Positions 38,593-49,753 of a stretch of 64,000 bases of DNA are shown one piece after another. Source of the stretch: an uncultured Chloroflexia bacterium (lineage in GTDB: Bacteria > Chloroflexota > Limnocylindria > Limnocylindrales > CSP1-4). Numbering within the stretch: the first letter of the stretch is position 1; every line of letters starts with the position of its first letter. The notes beneath the pieces are model-generated. The model did no database searches and had not been told where the DNA came from. It saw only the letters and a list, made by a program, of their open reading frames with translations. The translations under genes were made by a program, and so were the position numbers. The stretch is taken from assembly GCA_963807035.1 (NCBI GenBank), contig CAWEAL010000003.1:238716-302715 (forward strand), read 5' to 3'.

Positions 38593-38800
38593 GTTCAGAC
38601 CTCATGGGTTCCAAGACGGACGGCGGGCGCGTCGAGGCGCAACCCGACAGGGAGGGCGAATCCTACCAGAAGGCCGCCCGGAGGGCCAGATCGTGGCCGA
38701 ATCACGGCGGAATCGCGGCTGGTGAGCGACCTCGGGCGATCGCGGTCTCGCCAAGCCCGTCTCTCCGGCCAACTCCGGCCCCGGCCGGCCTCGGGTCGGC

Positions 38801-39736
38801 ATGGCGTCGACGCTCGCCCGACGCCATGCTCGGCGGCTGAGCGCCGCGACCGTCTCGTCCGTCACACTTGGCGCGATGACCCCCATTCTCGGCGGTCTTG
38901 GCGCCGCCCTGATGTTCACCGTGTCCGTCCTGGCATCGGCCCGGGCGAGTCGCCTGATCGGCGCGCCGTCGACCGTGGCCTGGGCGATGGCCGTCGGATT
39001 CGTGCTGACCGTTCCCGTCGCCATCGTCGCCGCGCCGGCACCCGATTTCGGGCACGGCGCCCTGGCCTGGTTCGTCGTCGCCGGCGTCGGCAACGTGACC
39101 GGCCTGCTCCTGACCTATGCTGCCTACCGCGTCGGCGCCGTGGCCGTCATCGTCACGATCGCCTCGACCGAGGGCGCGATCGCGGCGATCCTGGCCGTCC
39201 TGGCCGGTGAGACCATCGCTCCGGGAGCAGGAGCGGTCCTCGTCCTGATCGCGGTCGGCGTGGCCGTCACTGCCGCCGGCACGACCTCGGGCGCCGAGGG
39301 GGCTCCGATCACGCCGGACCGCGAGCTGCGGGCCGTCCTCCTCGCGATCGGCTCGGCCGCCGCGTTCGGCATCGGCCTGTACGCCTCGGGCCGGATCAGC
39401 AGCCTGCTGCCGATCCCCTGGGCGATCCTGCCGCCGCGGGCGGTCGGCGTGCTGCTCGTCGTGCTGCCCCTGGTCGCGCTGCGGCGGATCCACCTGACGC
39501 GCGAGGCGGCGCCCTTCGTCGTCGCGGTCGGCCTGGCCGAGGTGTTCGGCTACATCTCCTACACGATCGGAGCCCACGAGGCGATCGCGATCGCGGCGGT
39601 CCTGGCCACTCTCTTCGCGCCACTGTCGGCGATCGCCGCCTACATCCTCTTCCACGAGCGGCTGACCGTCCGCCAGGTGGCCGGGATCAGCCTCGTCGTG
39701 ATCGGGGTCACCCTGCTCGGCATCGTCCAGGCCTGA
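38801..39736 (+). CDS. EamA/DMT family transporter
   Basis: Ten TM-like segments in two EamA-like halves. Confidence 0.7.
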   Translation: MASTLARRHARRLSAATVSSVTLGAMTPILGGLGAALMFTVSVLASARASRLIGAPSTVAWAMAVGFVLTVPVAIVAAPAPDFGHGALAWFVVAGVGNVTGLLLTYAAYRVGAVAVIVTIASTEGAIAAILAVLAGETIAPGAGAVLVLIAVGVAVTAAGTTSGAEGAPITPDRELRAVLLAIGSAAAFGIGLYASGRISSLLPIPWAILPPRAVGVLLVVLPLVALRRIHLTREAAPFVVAVGLAEVFGYISYTIGAHEAIAIAAVLATLFAPLSAIAAYILFHERLTVRQVAGISLVVIGVTLLGIVQA

Positions 39737-39819
39737 CCGAGCGGCCCGGCCACCGGCCGGCCCGGCAGGCGGCGCCCAACCCGATCATCAGGTCCCGGGT
39801 CATCGAGACCCGCCGATGA

Positions 39820-39855
39820 GGTGGCGCCCGTCCCGCGGTATCGCGAGGCGCCACC
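39820..39855 (+). terminator. terminator-like hairpin
   Basis: GGTGGCGCC-18 nt-GGCGCCACC perfect 9-bp stem, 84 nt after the EamA stop. No U-tract. Confidence 0.4.
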
Positions 39856-40026
39856 CGGTACACTCCCGCCCCGTGACGATCAGTCGCGTCTGCGCTTCAG
39901 CCTACCGTGACCATCGCGCTGGCATGGGCGGCGATCGATCCAGATTGCGGGCATGATCCCGTGCGACGGCCATGGCGGCCCGGAGTGGCCGAACGAGGGC
40001 TCGAACCAGCGCGTGGAGGCTCATCT

Positions 40027-40242
40027 GTGCACAGCCGACGCCTCTCCTTCGTGGGCGTGAAGACGGAGCGTTTCGACGTGATGGCCGCCTTTGCTCGCGA
40101 CGTGCTGGGGCTGACGCCTGGACACCAGGACGACGGCTGGGCAGTCTTCCAGCTCGAGTCGGGGGACCGCGATCTGCTCGAGGTCTACGGGTTGCAGCAG
40201 GACCATGCCCCACCGGCCTCGACGGATCGAGGCAACACTTGA
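40027..40242 (+). pseudogene. N-terminal remnant of a VOC/glyoxalase-family gene
   Basis: [52 protein letters not shown] is about half of a VOC domain. It then degenerates and ends in TTGA with the lepA start. Confidence 0.35.
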
Positions 40243-42065
40243 ACGCTCCGATCGCGCAAGAGCGCCTGCGCAACTTCTCGATCATCGCCCATATCGATCA
40301 CGGCAAGTCGACCCTGGCCGACCGCCTGCTCGAGGCGACCCACACGATCGAGGCCCGGCTGATGACCAGCCAGGTCCTCGATTCGATGGACCTCGAGCGT
40401 GAGAAGGGGATCACGATCAAGGCCCGCGCCGTCCGCCTCGACTACGCGGCGCGGGACGGCCAGACCTACGGCCTGAACCTGATCGACACGCCCGGCCATG
40501 TCGACTTCTCGTACGAGGTCAGCCGCTCGCTGCAGGCCTGCGAGGGCGCGATCCTCGTCATCGACGCCGCCCAGGGGATCGAGGCCCAGACCCTGGCCAA
40601 CGTCCATCTCGCCCTGCGCGAAGGCCTGACGATCATCCCGGTGATCAACAAGATCGATCTACCGAGCGCCCAGCCGGAGGTGGTGATCGAGGAGCTCGAG
40701 AACGTCCTCGCGATTCCCCGCGAGGAGGTGCTCCTGGCCTCGGCCAAGGAGGGCATCGGGATCGAGGAGATCCTCGAGGCGGTCGTCGCCCGGATCCCGG
40801 CGCCCAAGGGCGACCCGGCCGGCCCGCTGCGGGGCCTGATCTTCGACTCGCACTACGACGCCTACAAGGGCGTGGTCGTCTACGTCCGACTGGCGTCGGG
40901 CACCCTCCACGCTCACGACACGATCCGGCTGATGGCCTCCGGCGCGGAATCCGACCTGCTCGAGCTGGGCGTCTTCCGGCCCCAGCTCGTGCCAGTGGCG
41001 GCCCTCACTGCCGGCGAGGTCGGCTACGTGGCAACCGGCCTGAAGAGTGTCCGCGATGCCCAGGTCGGCGACACGCTGACGAGCGCCGCGGCCCCGGCCG
41101 ACAGCCCGCTGCCCGGCTACAAGGAGGCCAAGAGCCTCGTGTTCGCCGGGATCTACCCGCTCAGCGGCGATGACTACCCGCTCCTGCGCGAGGCGATCGA
41201 GCGGCTCCACCTCAACGACGGCAGCTTCACCTACCAGCCCGAGAGCTCCGTGGCGCTTGGCTTCGGCTTCCGCTGCGGCTTCCTCGGGCTGCTCCACATG
41301 GAGATCGTCCAGGAGCGACTCGAACGCGAGTTCTCGCTCGACCTGATCGCCTCGGCGCCGTCGGTCCAGTACCGGGTCGTGCTCACCGGCAACCGCGGCA
41401 CGCTCAGCGTCGACAACCCGGCCCTGTTTCCCAACGCCGGCGAGATCGAGGCGATCGAGGAGCCCTGGGTGAGCCTGTCGGTGATCACCCCCGCGACCTA
41501 CATCGGGCCCCTGATGGAGCTTTCGACGAGCCGGCGCGGAACGTTCATCGGCCTCGAGTACCTCGATCCTCAGCGGGTCCAGATCCGCTTCGAGCTACCC
41601 CTGGCCGAGCTGATCATCGACTACTTCGACCAGCTCAAGAGCCGCAGCCAGGGCTATGCCTCGATGGACTACGAGGAGATCGGCTACCGCCCGGCGAGCC
41701 TGGTCAAGCTCGACATCATGGTCGCCGGTGAGCCGGTTGACGCCCTCAGCCTGATCGTCCACCGCGATCGCGCCGCGTCGACCGGCCGGCAGCTGGCGGA
41801 GCGCCTCAAGGAGCTGATTCCGCGCCAGATGTTCGAGGTCCCGATCCAGGCGGCGATCGGCGGCAACGTCGTGGCCCGCGAAACGGTCCGCGCAATGCGC
41901 AAGAACGTCCTCGCCAAGTGCTACGGTGGCGACATCACCCGGAAGAAGAAACTGCTGGAGAAACAGAAGGAGGGGAAGCAGCGGATGAAGCGAGTCGGAT
42001 CCGTCGAGATTCCCCAGGAGGCCTTCCTGGCCGTCCTCCGGACGGACGAGAGCGGACCGCGCTGA
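40239..42065 (+). CDS. lepA: translation elongation factor 4
   Basis: [34 protein letters not shown] and the LepA C-terminal domain. TTG 40239 gives 608 aa. The tracked ORF start at 39972 adds junk. Confidence 0.95.
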   Translation: MNAPIAQERLRNFSIIAHIDHGKSTLADRLLEATHTIEARLMTSQVLDSMDLEREKGITIKARAVRLDYAARDGQTYGLNLIDTPGHVDFSYEVSRSLQACEGAILVIDAAQGIEAQTLANVHLALREGLTIIPVINKIDLPSAQPEVVIEELENVLAIPREEVLLASAKEGIGIEEILEAVVARIPAPKGDPAGPLRGLIFDSHYDAYKGVVVYVRLASGTLHAHDTIRLMASGAESDLLELGVFRPQLVPVAALTAGEVGYVATGLKSVRDAQVGDTLTSAAAPADSPLPGYKEAKSLVFAGIYPLSGDDYPLLREAIERLHLNDGSFTYQPESSVALGFGFRCGFLGLLHMEIVQERLEREFSLDLIASAPSVQYRVVLTGNRGTLSVDNPALFPNAGEIEAIEEPWVSLSVITPATYIGPLMELSTSRRGTFIGLEYLDPQRVQIRFELPLAELIIDYFDQLKSRSQGYASMDYEEIGYRPASLVKLDIMVAGEPVDALSLIVHRDRAASTGRQLAERLKELIPRQMFEVPIQAAIGGNVVARETVRAMRKNVLAKCYGGDITRKKKLLEKQKEGKQRMKRVGSVEIPQEAFLAVLRTDESGPR

Positions 42066-42075
42066 GTCGCGGCTG

Positions 42076-42849
42076 ATGGACGAGCTGATTCGGCCGTTCG
42101 GGCTGCTCATCGCCCTGGCCTTCACGATGCTCCTGGTCATGCTCCGCTTCCAGGCGGCCCTGTTCGGGGTGGCCGAATACGTGGACGTCGGCCCCGACGG
42201 CCACCCGACGCGCCTGCGCCGGCGGCTGGGCTGGTACCTGGTCGGCCTGCTGATCGTGCTGGCAATCTTCGTCGTCGATCCGAACGCTCCGCTCGACCTG
42301 TACGTCGGACCGGGTGATCGGAGCGCGGCCGTCCTGCTCGGGATCGCCTTCGGGGTTTCCGGCGCGGTCCTCGCCGTCGCGGTTGCCTGGCTCCGCTACC
42401 GGCACCTCCGGTTGCCGCCCGTCGGCTCGTACCCGGTCGCGCTGCTCAATGCCCTGGGCACAGCCTTCATCGACGAGATCACGTTCCGGGGCGCGGTCCT
42501 CGGCTTTCTCGTCCTCGTCGGCCTGAACGGCTGGCTGGCGATCGTGATCCAGGCTCTGCTCTACGGCCTGGCCACCCGGCTCGGGGCGCCGGGCCGCGAT
42601 CGCTCGATCTTCGTCCTGGCACTCGTCCTGGCCGTGGCCACCGGCTGGGCGACGATCGAGACCGGCGGGATCGGGGCGGCCTTCATCGGGCACACGATCG
42701 CCCGCTTCGCGATGTTCCTGACGACCGGCCATGCCGGCCAGCCGCTGCCGGCAGGGCGGGAGGTCGAGGAGATCGAGAAGCGCCGCCGACCGCCCGATGG
42801 TTGGAGCATCGTCGGCGCCGTCCGGGACTCGATCAGCCGCGAGCGGTGA
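42076..42849 (+). CDS. CPBP family intramembrane glutamic endopeptidase
   Basis: DEITFRG motif, later LLYGL and FIGHTIARF motifs. Multi-TM. Confidence 0.75.
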   Translation: MDELIRPFGLLIALAFTMLLVMLRFQAALFGVAEYVDVGPDGHPTRLRRRLGWYLVGLLIVLAIFVVDPNAPLDLYVGPGDRSAAVLLGIAFGVSGAVLAVAVAWLRYRHLRLPPVGSYPVALLNALGTAFIDEITFRGAVLGFLVLVGLNGWLAIVIQALLYGLATRLGAPGRDRSIFVLALVLAVATGWATIETGGIGAAFIGHTIARFAMFLTTGHAGQPLPAGREVEEIEKRRRPPDGWSIVGAVRDSISRER

Positions 42850-42869
42850 GCACGGGGGAGGGCAGTGAC

Positions 42870-44096
42870 ATGGAGGGGAGCATGCGAGAGCCGGCCTCGC
42901 CGGTCGGCCTGTATGTCCACATCCCGTTCTGCGTGTCGATCTGCCCGTATTGCGACTTCGTCGTGTACGCCGGGGCAGACGCCCGTGGTCCGCGCAACCG
43001 GATCGAGGACCTGGTCGATGCCCTGACGGTCGAGATCGCGCTGCGGGCCGAAGCCGACCGGGCCGATCCCGCGACCCGTCCCCTGAGCACGGTCTACCTC
43101 GGTGGCGGCACGCCCTCGCTGCTGCCCCCGGCGGCCCTCGGGCTGATCCTCGACGCGATCCGGACGAGCTTCGGGATCGCGACCGGCGCGGAGGTGACCC
43201 TCGAGGTCAACCCCGGACTCGACGAGCGCGGCGACCCGGCCGCCCAGAGAGAGGCCGGGGTCACCCGGCTGAGCATCGGTGCCCAGTCCTTCACACCGAG
43301 CGAGCTGAAGCGACTCGGCCGGCGGCACCTGCCGGGAGATATTGGGCTGGCCCTCGTCGCGGCCCGGGAGGCGGGAATCGCCTCGATCAACCTCGACCTG
43401 CTGTACGACGTCCCGGGCCAGACGCTGACCAGCTGGGCCGACAGCCTGGAACGGGCGGTCGGCCTCGGCCCGGACCATCTCTCGCTCTATGCGCTGTCGC
43501 TCGACGATCCCGAGGCCGAGGGCCTGACCGGCGTCAGCGGCGATCACCTGCCCCCGACCGCCGGCGCCCGGCGTTGGCGGGACCGGGCCCGGCCCGAGCA
43601 GGACGACGACCGGGCCGCGGCGATGTACCACCTCGCCACGCACCGCCTGCGGGAGGCGGGCTTCCGTGGCTACGAGCTCTCCAACTGGGCCGCTCCCGGC
43701 CACGAATCGCGCCACAACCTGGGCTACTGGGAGCGCCACTCGATCGAAGCGGTCGGGCCCGGGGCGCACGCCTTCGACGGCCGGATCCGGCGCTGGAACG
43801 CGGCCCGGCTCGACCAGTACGTCGGGTCGCTCCGGCCGCCCGACGGCGGGCCCGCCCGCCTGCCACCGGGCGGCGAACAGGTGATCGACGCGGCAACTGC
43901 CGCCGCCGAGACGGTGATCCTCGGCCTCCGGCTCGACCGCGGCGTGGCCCTCACCACGCTCCTCGAGGCGCCCTTCGTCGACGCCTTCGACTGGGCGGTC
44001 TCGGCCGGCCTGGTCGAGGAAACCGAGGGCGCCCGGGTCCGCCTGACGACGCGCGGCCGGCTCCTCTCGAACGAGCTTTTCGCCCGCCTGATCTGA
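42870..44096 (+). CDS. hemW: radical SAM heme chaperone HemW (HemN-like)
   Basis: LYVHIPFCVSICPYCDF CxxxCxxC motif and the HemN-like C-terminal domain. Confidence 0.9.
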   Translation: MEGSMREPASPVGLYVHIPFCVSICPYCDFVVYAGADARGPRNRIEDLVDALTVEIALRAEADRADPATRPLSTVYLGGGTPSLLPPAALGLILDAIRTSFGIATGAEVTLEVNPGLDERGDPAAQREAGVTRLSIGAQSFTPSELKRLGRRHLPGDIGLALVAAREAGIASINLDLLYDVPGQTLTSWADSLERAVGLGPDHLSLYALSLDDPEAEGLTGVSGDHLPPTAGARRWRDRARPEQDDDRAAAMYHLATHRLREAGFRGYELSNWAAPGHESRHNLGYWERHSIEAVGPGAHAFDGRIRRWNAARLDQYVGSLRPPDGGPARLPPGGEQVIDAATAAAETVILGLRLDRGVALTTLLEAPFVDAFDWAVSAGLVEETEGARVRLTTRGRLLSNELFARLI

Positions 44097-44123
44097 GCCC
44101 GGTGCACGCGCCCACCCCGGGTC

Positions 44124-44240
44124 GGCCACCCGGCCCGGGGTTCGTGGCCGCGGCCGGCCACCCGGCCCGGGGTTCGTGGCCGCGGCCGGCCACCCGGCCC
44201 GGGGTTCGTGGCCGCGGCCGGCCACCCGGCCCGGGGTTCC
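44124..44240. repeat. 32-nt GC-rich tandem repeat, 3.6 copies
   Basis: Unit GGCCACCCGGCCCGGGGTTCGTGGCCGCGGCC at 44124, 44156 and 44188, plus a partial copy at 44220. Each unit contains GGCCAC/GTGGCC and the GGCCGCGGCC palindrome. Confidence 0.9.
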
Positions 44241-44241
44241 C

Positions 44242-44426
44242 GGCGAATATTCCTCCCCGTAGTGCTGAGGAAGAACTCATCCCGGATTGGGCCCGCTTCG
44301 GGCCGGCCACCTTGCATCGACGGCTCGAGTCGTGCGTGGACTCGCCCGGATCGACCCGCCTACCGCGCGTCTCGCCCGGATTCGGGCCCTGGCACTCCCC
44401 CCGCAATACCTGGGCTAATAATCGCC
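44242..44426. repeat. copy 1 of an IR-bounded ~165-185 bp AT-richer element (GGCGAATATT...AATAATCGCC)
   Basis: Shares with the copy at 59987 the terminal GCGAATAT(T)C, CGTAGTNCT, internal TCGTGCGTGGA and A(T/A)TCGG(G)CCC blocks, all in the same order. Confidence 0.55.
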
Positions 44427-44575
44427 AGGAACGGGGCTCGCCCAGCGGACTCGCCAGGAACGGGGCTCGCCCAGCGGACTCGCCGAGCGGGGACTGACCG
44501 AACCGGGACTCGCCGGTCGAGTGTCGAAGGTTCGCCCAGCGGACTCGCCGAACCGGGGACTCGCCCGGCCAGGCG
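44425..44575. repeat. 29-nt direct repeat x2 followed by degenerate GGACTCGCC-containing units
   Basis: CCAGGAACGGGGCTCGCCCAGCGGACTCG at 44425 and 44454. GGACTCGCC recurs at least 5 times up to the hrcA promoter. Confidence 0.7.
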
Positions 44576-44580
44576 AACCG

Positions 44581-44609
44581 TTGACACTCGACCGGCGTGG
44601 CTGTACGAT
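44581..44609 (+). promoter_or_regulatory. hrcA-grpE-dnaK promoter TTGACA-N17-TACGAT
   Basis: Consensus-like -35 and -10 hexamers, 12 nt upstream of CIRCE. Confidence 0.75.
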
Positions 44610-44621
44610 GCCCGCATCGCG

Positions 44622-44648
44622 TTAGCACTCTGGCAGTGAGAGTGCTAA
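44622..44648 (+). promoter_or_regulatory. CIRCE operator (HrcA binding site)
   Basis: TTAGCACTC-N9-GAGTGCTAA, a perfect match to the CIRCE consensus. Confidence 0.95.
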
Positions 44649-44668
44649 CCGGAAGGAGCAAAGTCCCC

Positions 44669-45748
44669 GTGGCGCGACGCATGCGACCCACCAGCGGCCC
44701 CCTGGATTCCCGCGCGAAGGCGATCCTCCAGGCCGTCATCGACGATTACGTGACGACCGCGAGCCCGGTCGGCTCCCAGGCGCTCGTCGAGCGGTACAGC
44801 CTCGGTGTGAGCAGCGCCACCGTGCGGGCGATCCTGGCCGACCTCGAGGCCGCCGGCCTGCTCACCCATCCACACACCTCCGCGGGCCGGGTACCGACCG
44901 ATGCCGGCTACCGCAGTTACGTCGAGACGATCGTCGACCTGGGCGCTCCCCCGCCCGCGGTCGAGCAGCTGATGATCCGCCACCAGTTCGGCCAGGTCGA
45001 GTTCGCCAGCGAGCAGTGGTTCCGGCTGGCTGCTACGACGCTCGCCTCGATGACCCGGTCCGCCGGGCTTGCCACCGCGGCCAAGCCCGCCGCCGCCCGC
45101 GTCCGCAGGATCGACCTGGTCGCGATCCAGGATCGCCTCGCCAGCCTCATCCTCGTCCTGCGCGAGGGCTCGATCAAGCAGGGCCTGATCGCCCTCGACC
45201 TGCCGGTGACCCAGTCGGACCTGACCCGGGTGGCCAACCTCCTGAACGACCGCCTCGCCCAGCTGACCGCGACCGAGATCGTGGCCGTCCTGCCCCGCCT
45301 CGAGCGGGCCCTCGGCGGCGACGAGGAGACGCGCGGCCTGACCCGCAAGATCGCCGAGCGGATCATCCGGACGGTCGCCGAGTTCGACGCCCTGCGCGTC
45401 GAAGAGGTCTACAGCGACGGCCTGCTCAACGTGATGGAGGCGCCCGAGTTCGCCCAGAGCGAGAAGCTCCGGCGAGTCTTCACCGCCCTCGAGAACCGGG
45501 CCTACCTGGCCGACCTGATCGCGATCGTGACCGAGACCGGTCGGATCCACGTCTTCATCGGGCGCGAGAATACGCCGGCCGAGATGGGCGAGGTCTCCCT
45601 CGTCCTCGCCCCGTACGGCCGTCCCGGCCGGGCGGTCGGTGTGGTCGGCGTCCTCGGCCCGACCCGGATGGCCTACGCCCAGGCGATCGGGACGGTCGGC
45701 TTCGTGTCCGGCCTGATGAACGAGCTGGTCGACCACCTCTACTCCTGA
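44669..45748 (+). CDS. hrcA: heat-inducible transcription repressor HrcA
   Basis: [71 protein letters not shown] lies upstream of GTG 44669. Confidence 0.95.
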   Translation: MARRMRPTSGPLDSRAKAILQAVIDDYVTTASPVGSQALVERYSLGVSSATVRAILADLEAAGLLTHPHTSAGRVPTDAGYRSYVETIVDLGAPPPAVEQLMIRHQFGQVEFASEQWFRLAATTLASMTRSAGLATAAKPAAARVRRIDLVAIQDRLASLILVLREGSIKQGLIALDLPVTQSDLTRVANLLNDRLAQLTATEIVAVLPRLERALGGDEETRGLTRKIAERIIRTVAEFDALRVEEVYSDGLLNVMEAPEFAQSEKLRRVFTALENRAYLADLIAIVTETGRIHVFIGRENTPAEMGEVSLVLAPYGRPGRAVGVVGVLGPTRMAYAQAIGTVGFVSGLMNELVDHLYS

Positions 45749-45777
45749 TCCAACCACCGAGGACCTAGTTCAGCCAC

Positions 45778-46386
45778 ATGCCAGAGCCAACCCACATCCG
45801 CCACGACCGACATCGAACCCGGGCCGAGGAGCGGCTGGACGAGATCGACATCTCGCCGGCGAAGCTGCTGGCCGACATCGAGGCGCTCAAGGCCGAGCGC
45901 GACGCGGGGCAGGCGCAGGCCGCCGACTATCTGCTCGCCCTGCAGCGCGAGCGGGCCGAGTTCCAGAACTTCAAGCGGCGGACCGCCGAGGAGCGCGAGC
46001 GCGAGGCGGGCCTCGCCAACGACTCGCTGATCCACAAGGTGCTCGTCCTCGCCGACGATTTCGACCGGGCGATCGAGGCCCGACCGGCCAACCTGCCCGA
46101 TGGCGACGCCGCCGCCTGGGCCGAGGGCGTGGCCGCCATCGACCGCAAGCTGCGGGCGCTGCTCGAGAGCGAAGGGGTCCGCCGGATCGAGGTGAAGCCC
46201 GGGATGGCGTTCGATCCGCGCGAGCACGAGGCGCTGGTCAACGTCCCGGCGACCGAGCATCCCGAGGGCACGGTCGTCGCCGAGCTCCAGCGAGGCTACC
46301 GGATCCGCGACCGGATCCTGCGGCCTGCCCGGGTCGCGATCGCGGCGGGCCAGGAGGCCCCGGACCCCGCCCAGCCACTCAACTGA
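45778..46386 (+). CDS. grpE: nucleotide exchange factor GrpE
   Basis: [41 protein letters not shown]. Confidence 0.95.
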   Translation: MPEPTHIRHDRHRTRAEERLDEIDISPAKLLADIEALKAERDAGQAQAADYLLALQRERAEFQNFKRRTAEEREREAGLANDSLIHKVLVLADDFDRAIEARPANLPDGDAAAWAEGVAAIDRKLRALLESEGVRRIEVKPGMAFDPREHEALVNVPATEHPEGTVVAELQRGYRIRDRILRPARVAIAAGQEAPDPAQPLN

Positions 46387-46436
46387 TCAACGACCACCCC
46401 GACCGAACAGACGAACGTCAAGGAGAACCATCAGCG

Positions 46437-48377
46437 ATGGGCAAGATCATCGGAATCGACCTCGGCACGACGAACTCGGTTGTCGCGGTCATGGAAGGCG
46501 GGGAGCCGACCGTGATCGCCTCGGCTGAGGGTGGCCGGACCGTGCCCTCGGTTGTCGCCTTCACCAAGACCGGCGAGCGCCTCGTCGGCCAGCTGGCCAA
46601 GCGCCAGGCGGTCACCAACCCGACCAACACGATCTACTCGATCAAGCGGTTCATGGGCCGTCGCTGGGACGACCCCGAGACGAAGCGCTCGATGGAGCTC
46701 GTGCCCTACAAGGTCCAGAAGGACGCCAAGAGCGACGGCCTGGTGGTCCTCGCCAACGACAAGCCGTATACCCCGCCCGAGATCAGCGCGATGATCCTCC
46801 AGAAGCTCAAGGCGGACGCCGAGGCCTACCTCGGCGAGAAGATCACCGAGGCCGTGATCACCGTCCCGGCCTACTTCGACGATACCCAGCGCCAGGCGAC
46901 CAAGGATGCCGGCCGGATCGCCGGGCTCGAGGTCAAGCGGATCATCAACGAGCCGACCGCCTCGGCCCTCGCCTACGGCCTGGACAAGAAGCACGACGAG
47001 AAGATCGCCGTCTACGACCTGGGCGGTGGCACCTTCGACATCTCGATCCTCGAGCTGGGCGACGGGGTCTTCGAGGTCAAGGCGACCAACGGCGACACCC
47101 ACCTGGGTGGCGACGACTTCGACCAGCGGGTGATCGAGTGGCTCCTGGCCGAATTCAAGAAGGACCAGGGGATCGACCTGCGCAAGGACCAGCAGGCCCT
47201 CCAGCGCCTCAAGGAGGCGGCCGAGAAGGCCAAGATCGAGCTGAGCTCGACCAGCCAGACCGAGATCAACCTGCCCTACATCACGGCCGATGCGAGCGGC
47301 CCGAAGCACCTCGTCATCTCGCTCTCCCGGGCGAAGCTCGAGGACCTCGTCTCCGACCTGATCGACAAGACCCGTGAGCCCGTCCAGAAGGCCCTCAAGG
47401 ACGCCGGCCTCAAGCCGGGCGAGATCGACGAGGTCGTCCTCGTCGGCGGGATGACCCGGATGCCGGCAGTCATCGACGCGGTCAAGGCGATGTTCGGCGG
47501 CAAGGAGCCCAACCGGGGGGTCAACCCCGACGAGGTCGTGGCCGTCGGTGCGGCGATCCAGGCCGGCGTCCTGGCCGGTGACGTCAAGGACGTCCTGCTC
47601 CTCGACGTCACCCCGCTGTCGCTCGGCATCGAGACCCTCGGCAGCGTGATGACCCGGCTGATCGAGCGCAATACGACGATCCCGAGCTCGAAGTCGCAGA
47701 TCTTCTCGACCGCCTCGGACAACCAGAGCCAGGTCGAGATCCATGTCCTCCAGGGCGAGCGCGAGTTCGCCCAGGACAACAAGACCCTCGGCCGGTTCAT
47801 CCTCGACGGGATCCCGCCCGCGCCCCGGGGCGTCCCCCAGGTCGAGGTGACCTTCGACATCGACGCCAACGGGATCCTCGACGTGAAGGCCAAGGACCGG
47901 GCGACCGGCAAGGAGCAGCAGGTCCGGATCACGGCTTCGTCGATGCTCTCCAAGGACGACGTGGACAAGATGGTCCGCGACGCCCAGGAGCACGCCGACG
48001 AGGACCGCAAGCGGCGCGACGAGGTCGAGGCCCGCAACCAGGCGGAGGCCCTCACGTTCCAGGCCGAGCGGACCCTCAAGGACCTCGGCGACAAGGTCTC
48101 GGCCGAGGATCGGGCCGACGCCGAGCGGAAGATCGAGGAACTGCGGACGGCCCTGAAGGGCTCGGACGCCGCCGCGGTCACGGCCGGCGGGACGGCTCTG
48201 GCGGAGACGCTCAGCCGGATCTCGACCGCCGCCTACCAGGCGGCCCAGGCCGAGGCTGCCGCGACCGGCGAGGGACCGGGCCCGGATGGGTCCTCGTCCT
48301 CCGACGGGACGTCCACCGGGGAGCCCCCCGCGGGCGACGCCGGCGAGACGGTCGAGGGCGAGTTCAAGGAGGTCTAG
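46437..48377 (+). CDS. dnaK: molecular chaperone DnaK
   Basis: [25 protein letters not shown] and the full Hsp70 architecture. Confidence 0.98.
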   Translation: MGKIIGIDLGTTNSVVAVMEGGEPTVIASAEGGRTVPSVVAFTKTGERLVGQLAKRQAVTNPTNTIYSIKRFMGRRWDDPETKRSMELVPYKVQKDAKSDGLVVLANDKPYTPPEISAMILQKLKADAEAYLGEKITEAVITVPAYFDDTQRQATKDAGRIAGLEVKRIINEPTASALAYGLDKKHDEKIAVYDLGGGTFDISILELGDGVFEVKATNGDTHLGGDDFDQRVIEWLLAEFKKDQGIDLRKDQQALQRLKEAAEKAKIELSSTSQTEINLPYITADASGPKHLVISLSRAKLEDLVSDLIDKTREPVQKALKDAGLKPGEIDEVVLVGGMTRMPAVIDAVKAMFGGKEPNRGVNPDEVVAVGAAIQAGVLAGDVKDVLLLDVTPLSLGIETLGSVMTRLIERNTTIPSSKSQIFSTASDNQSQVEIHVLQGEREFAQDNKTLGRFILDGIPPAPRGVPQVEVTFDIDANGILDVKAKDRATGKEQQVRITASSMLSKDDVDKMVRDAQEHADEDRKRRDEVEARNQAEALTFQAERTLKDLGDKVSAEDRADAERKIEELRTALKGSDAAAVTAGGTALAETLSRISTAAYQAAQAEAAATGEGPGPDGSSSSDGTSTGEPPAGDAGETVEGEFKEV

Positions 48378-48378
48378 G

Positions 48379-48397
48379 TCCGGGCGCTTGGCCCGGA
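48379..48397 (+). terminator. weak terminator-like hairpin after dnaK
   Basis: TCCGGGC-gcttg-GCCCGGA starting 2 nt after the stop. No U-tract. Confidence 0.3.
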
Positions 48398-48694
48398 ATC
48401 CGACGGCTTGTCGTTCGTCCTCGGGCCCGCCCGGCTGGACAACCCGCGGCGGGCTCGTCGTAGCTCCTGTGCGGGTTCCCGGGGAGTCGGGGGCGGCGGA
48501 CCACGTCGGTTGCTTGCACCAGCTGCAAGTCCAGGTCCGCCTCCGGTTCGCGTTCGGCCCGCCTCCGCTCCGAGTCCAGGTCGCGGGCACAACCAACCGG
48601 GGCCGGCCCTGGCTCCGGAAGCGGCGACGCGAACGGGAAGTGGCCGGGTCGACTGTCGCGTCGGACGGCGCGCGGCGGTACCATTCCCGTCCCG

Positions 48695-49753
48695 ATGACG
48701 TCCGCCCAGCCCATCGTCGCGCCTGACTCCGCCGGGCCCTCGCCCGAAGGCCGCTCCGCGCCCGGCACACCCGCTGCGCCCGGAGCCTCGACGACGGCCC
48801 CCGACACCACGGTCGCGGCCAGCGATGCCCGCCGGAGCCTGATCCGGGCCCGCGGCCTGACGAAGCGGTTCGGCGGGTTCACCGCGGTCGACGCGATCGA
48901 TTTCGACGTGGCGCCCGGCGAGTCATTCGGGTTCCTCGGGCCGAACGGGGCCGGCAAGACCTCGACGATGCGGATGATCGGCTGCGTTTCGCCGGTCACG
49001 GCCGGCGAGCTGACCGTCCTGGGGATGGATCCGGCCACCGACGGTGCCCGGATCAAGGCCCGTCTCGGGGTCGTGCCCCAGCAGGACAGCCTGGACATGG
49101 AGCTGACCGTCCGAGAGAACCTGATCATCTACGGCCGCTACTTCGACCTCACCCGGCGCGAGGCCGGCCGGCGGGCCGACGAGCTCCTCGAGTTCGTCCA
49201 GCTGAGCGACCGCGCCCGCGATCACGTCGAGCCGCTGTCGGGCGGGATGAAGCGCCGCCTGACGATCGCCCGGTCGCTCGTGAACGAGCCCGACCTGCTC
49301 CTCCTCGACGAGCCGACCACGGGCCTCGACCCGCAGGCCCGCCACCTCCTCTGGGACCGCCTCTACCGCCTGAAGCAGCGCGGCGTGACCCTCGTCCTCA
49401 CGACCCACTACATGGACGAGGCCGAGCAGCTGTGCGATCGGCTGGTGATCATGGACAAGGCCCGGATCGTGGCCGAGGGCTCGCCCCGCAAGCTGATCGA
49501 GCAGTACTCGACCCGTGAGGTCCTCGAGCTGCGCTTCCCAGTCGGCGTCCAGGAGACGCTCGAGGCCGAGTTCGACGGGCTGGCCGAGCGGATCGAGCGG
49601 CTACCCGACCGGGTCCTCCTGTACACCGACGACGGGGAGGCAGCCGCCGCGGCCGCCCATGCCCGCGGGCTTCGGCCGGAGACCGTCCTTGTCCGACGCT
49701 CCAGCCTCGAGGACGTCTTCCTGCGCCTGACCGGGCGCAGCCTGATCGAATGA
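48695..49753 (+). CDS. ABC transporter ATP-binding protein (DrrA/NodI-like)
   Basis: Walker A GPNGAGKTS, signature LSGGMKRR, Walker B LLLLDEPT. Low-complexity N-terminus, so the start is uncertain. Confidence 0.9.
   Translation: MTSAQPIVAPDSAGPSPEGRSAPGTPAAPGASTTAPDTTVAASDARRSLIRARGLTKRFGGFTAVDAIDFDVAPGESFGFLGPNGAGKTSTMRMIGCVSPVTAGELTVLGMDPATDGARIKARLGVVPQQDSLDMELTVRENLIIYGRYFDLTRREAGRRADELLEFVQLSDRARDHVEPLSGGMKRRLTIARSLVNEPDLLLLDEPTTGLDPQARHLLWDRLYRLKQRGVTLVLTTHYMDEAEQLCDRLVIMDKARIVAEGSPRKLIEQYSTREVLELRFPVGVQETLEAEFDGLAERIERLPDRVLLYTDDGEAAAAAAHARGLRPETVLVRRSSLEDVFLRLTGRSLIE

Noticed and set aside
39972-40238. N-terminal 89-codon extension of lepA in the tracked 697-aa ORF.
   Set aside because: The sequence is Arg-rich and non-conserved. 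The canonical LepA N-terminus begins at TTG 40239, immediately before [15 protein letters not shown].
44124-44240. Possible CRISPR arrays at 44124-44240, 59856-59964, 18979-19084 and 8702-8766.
   Set aside because: The units are directly adjacent tandem repeats with no unique spacers between them. No cas genes are in the window. Unit lengths (13-32 nt) and GC-rich palindromic content fit simple tandem repeats.
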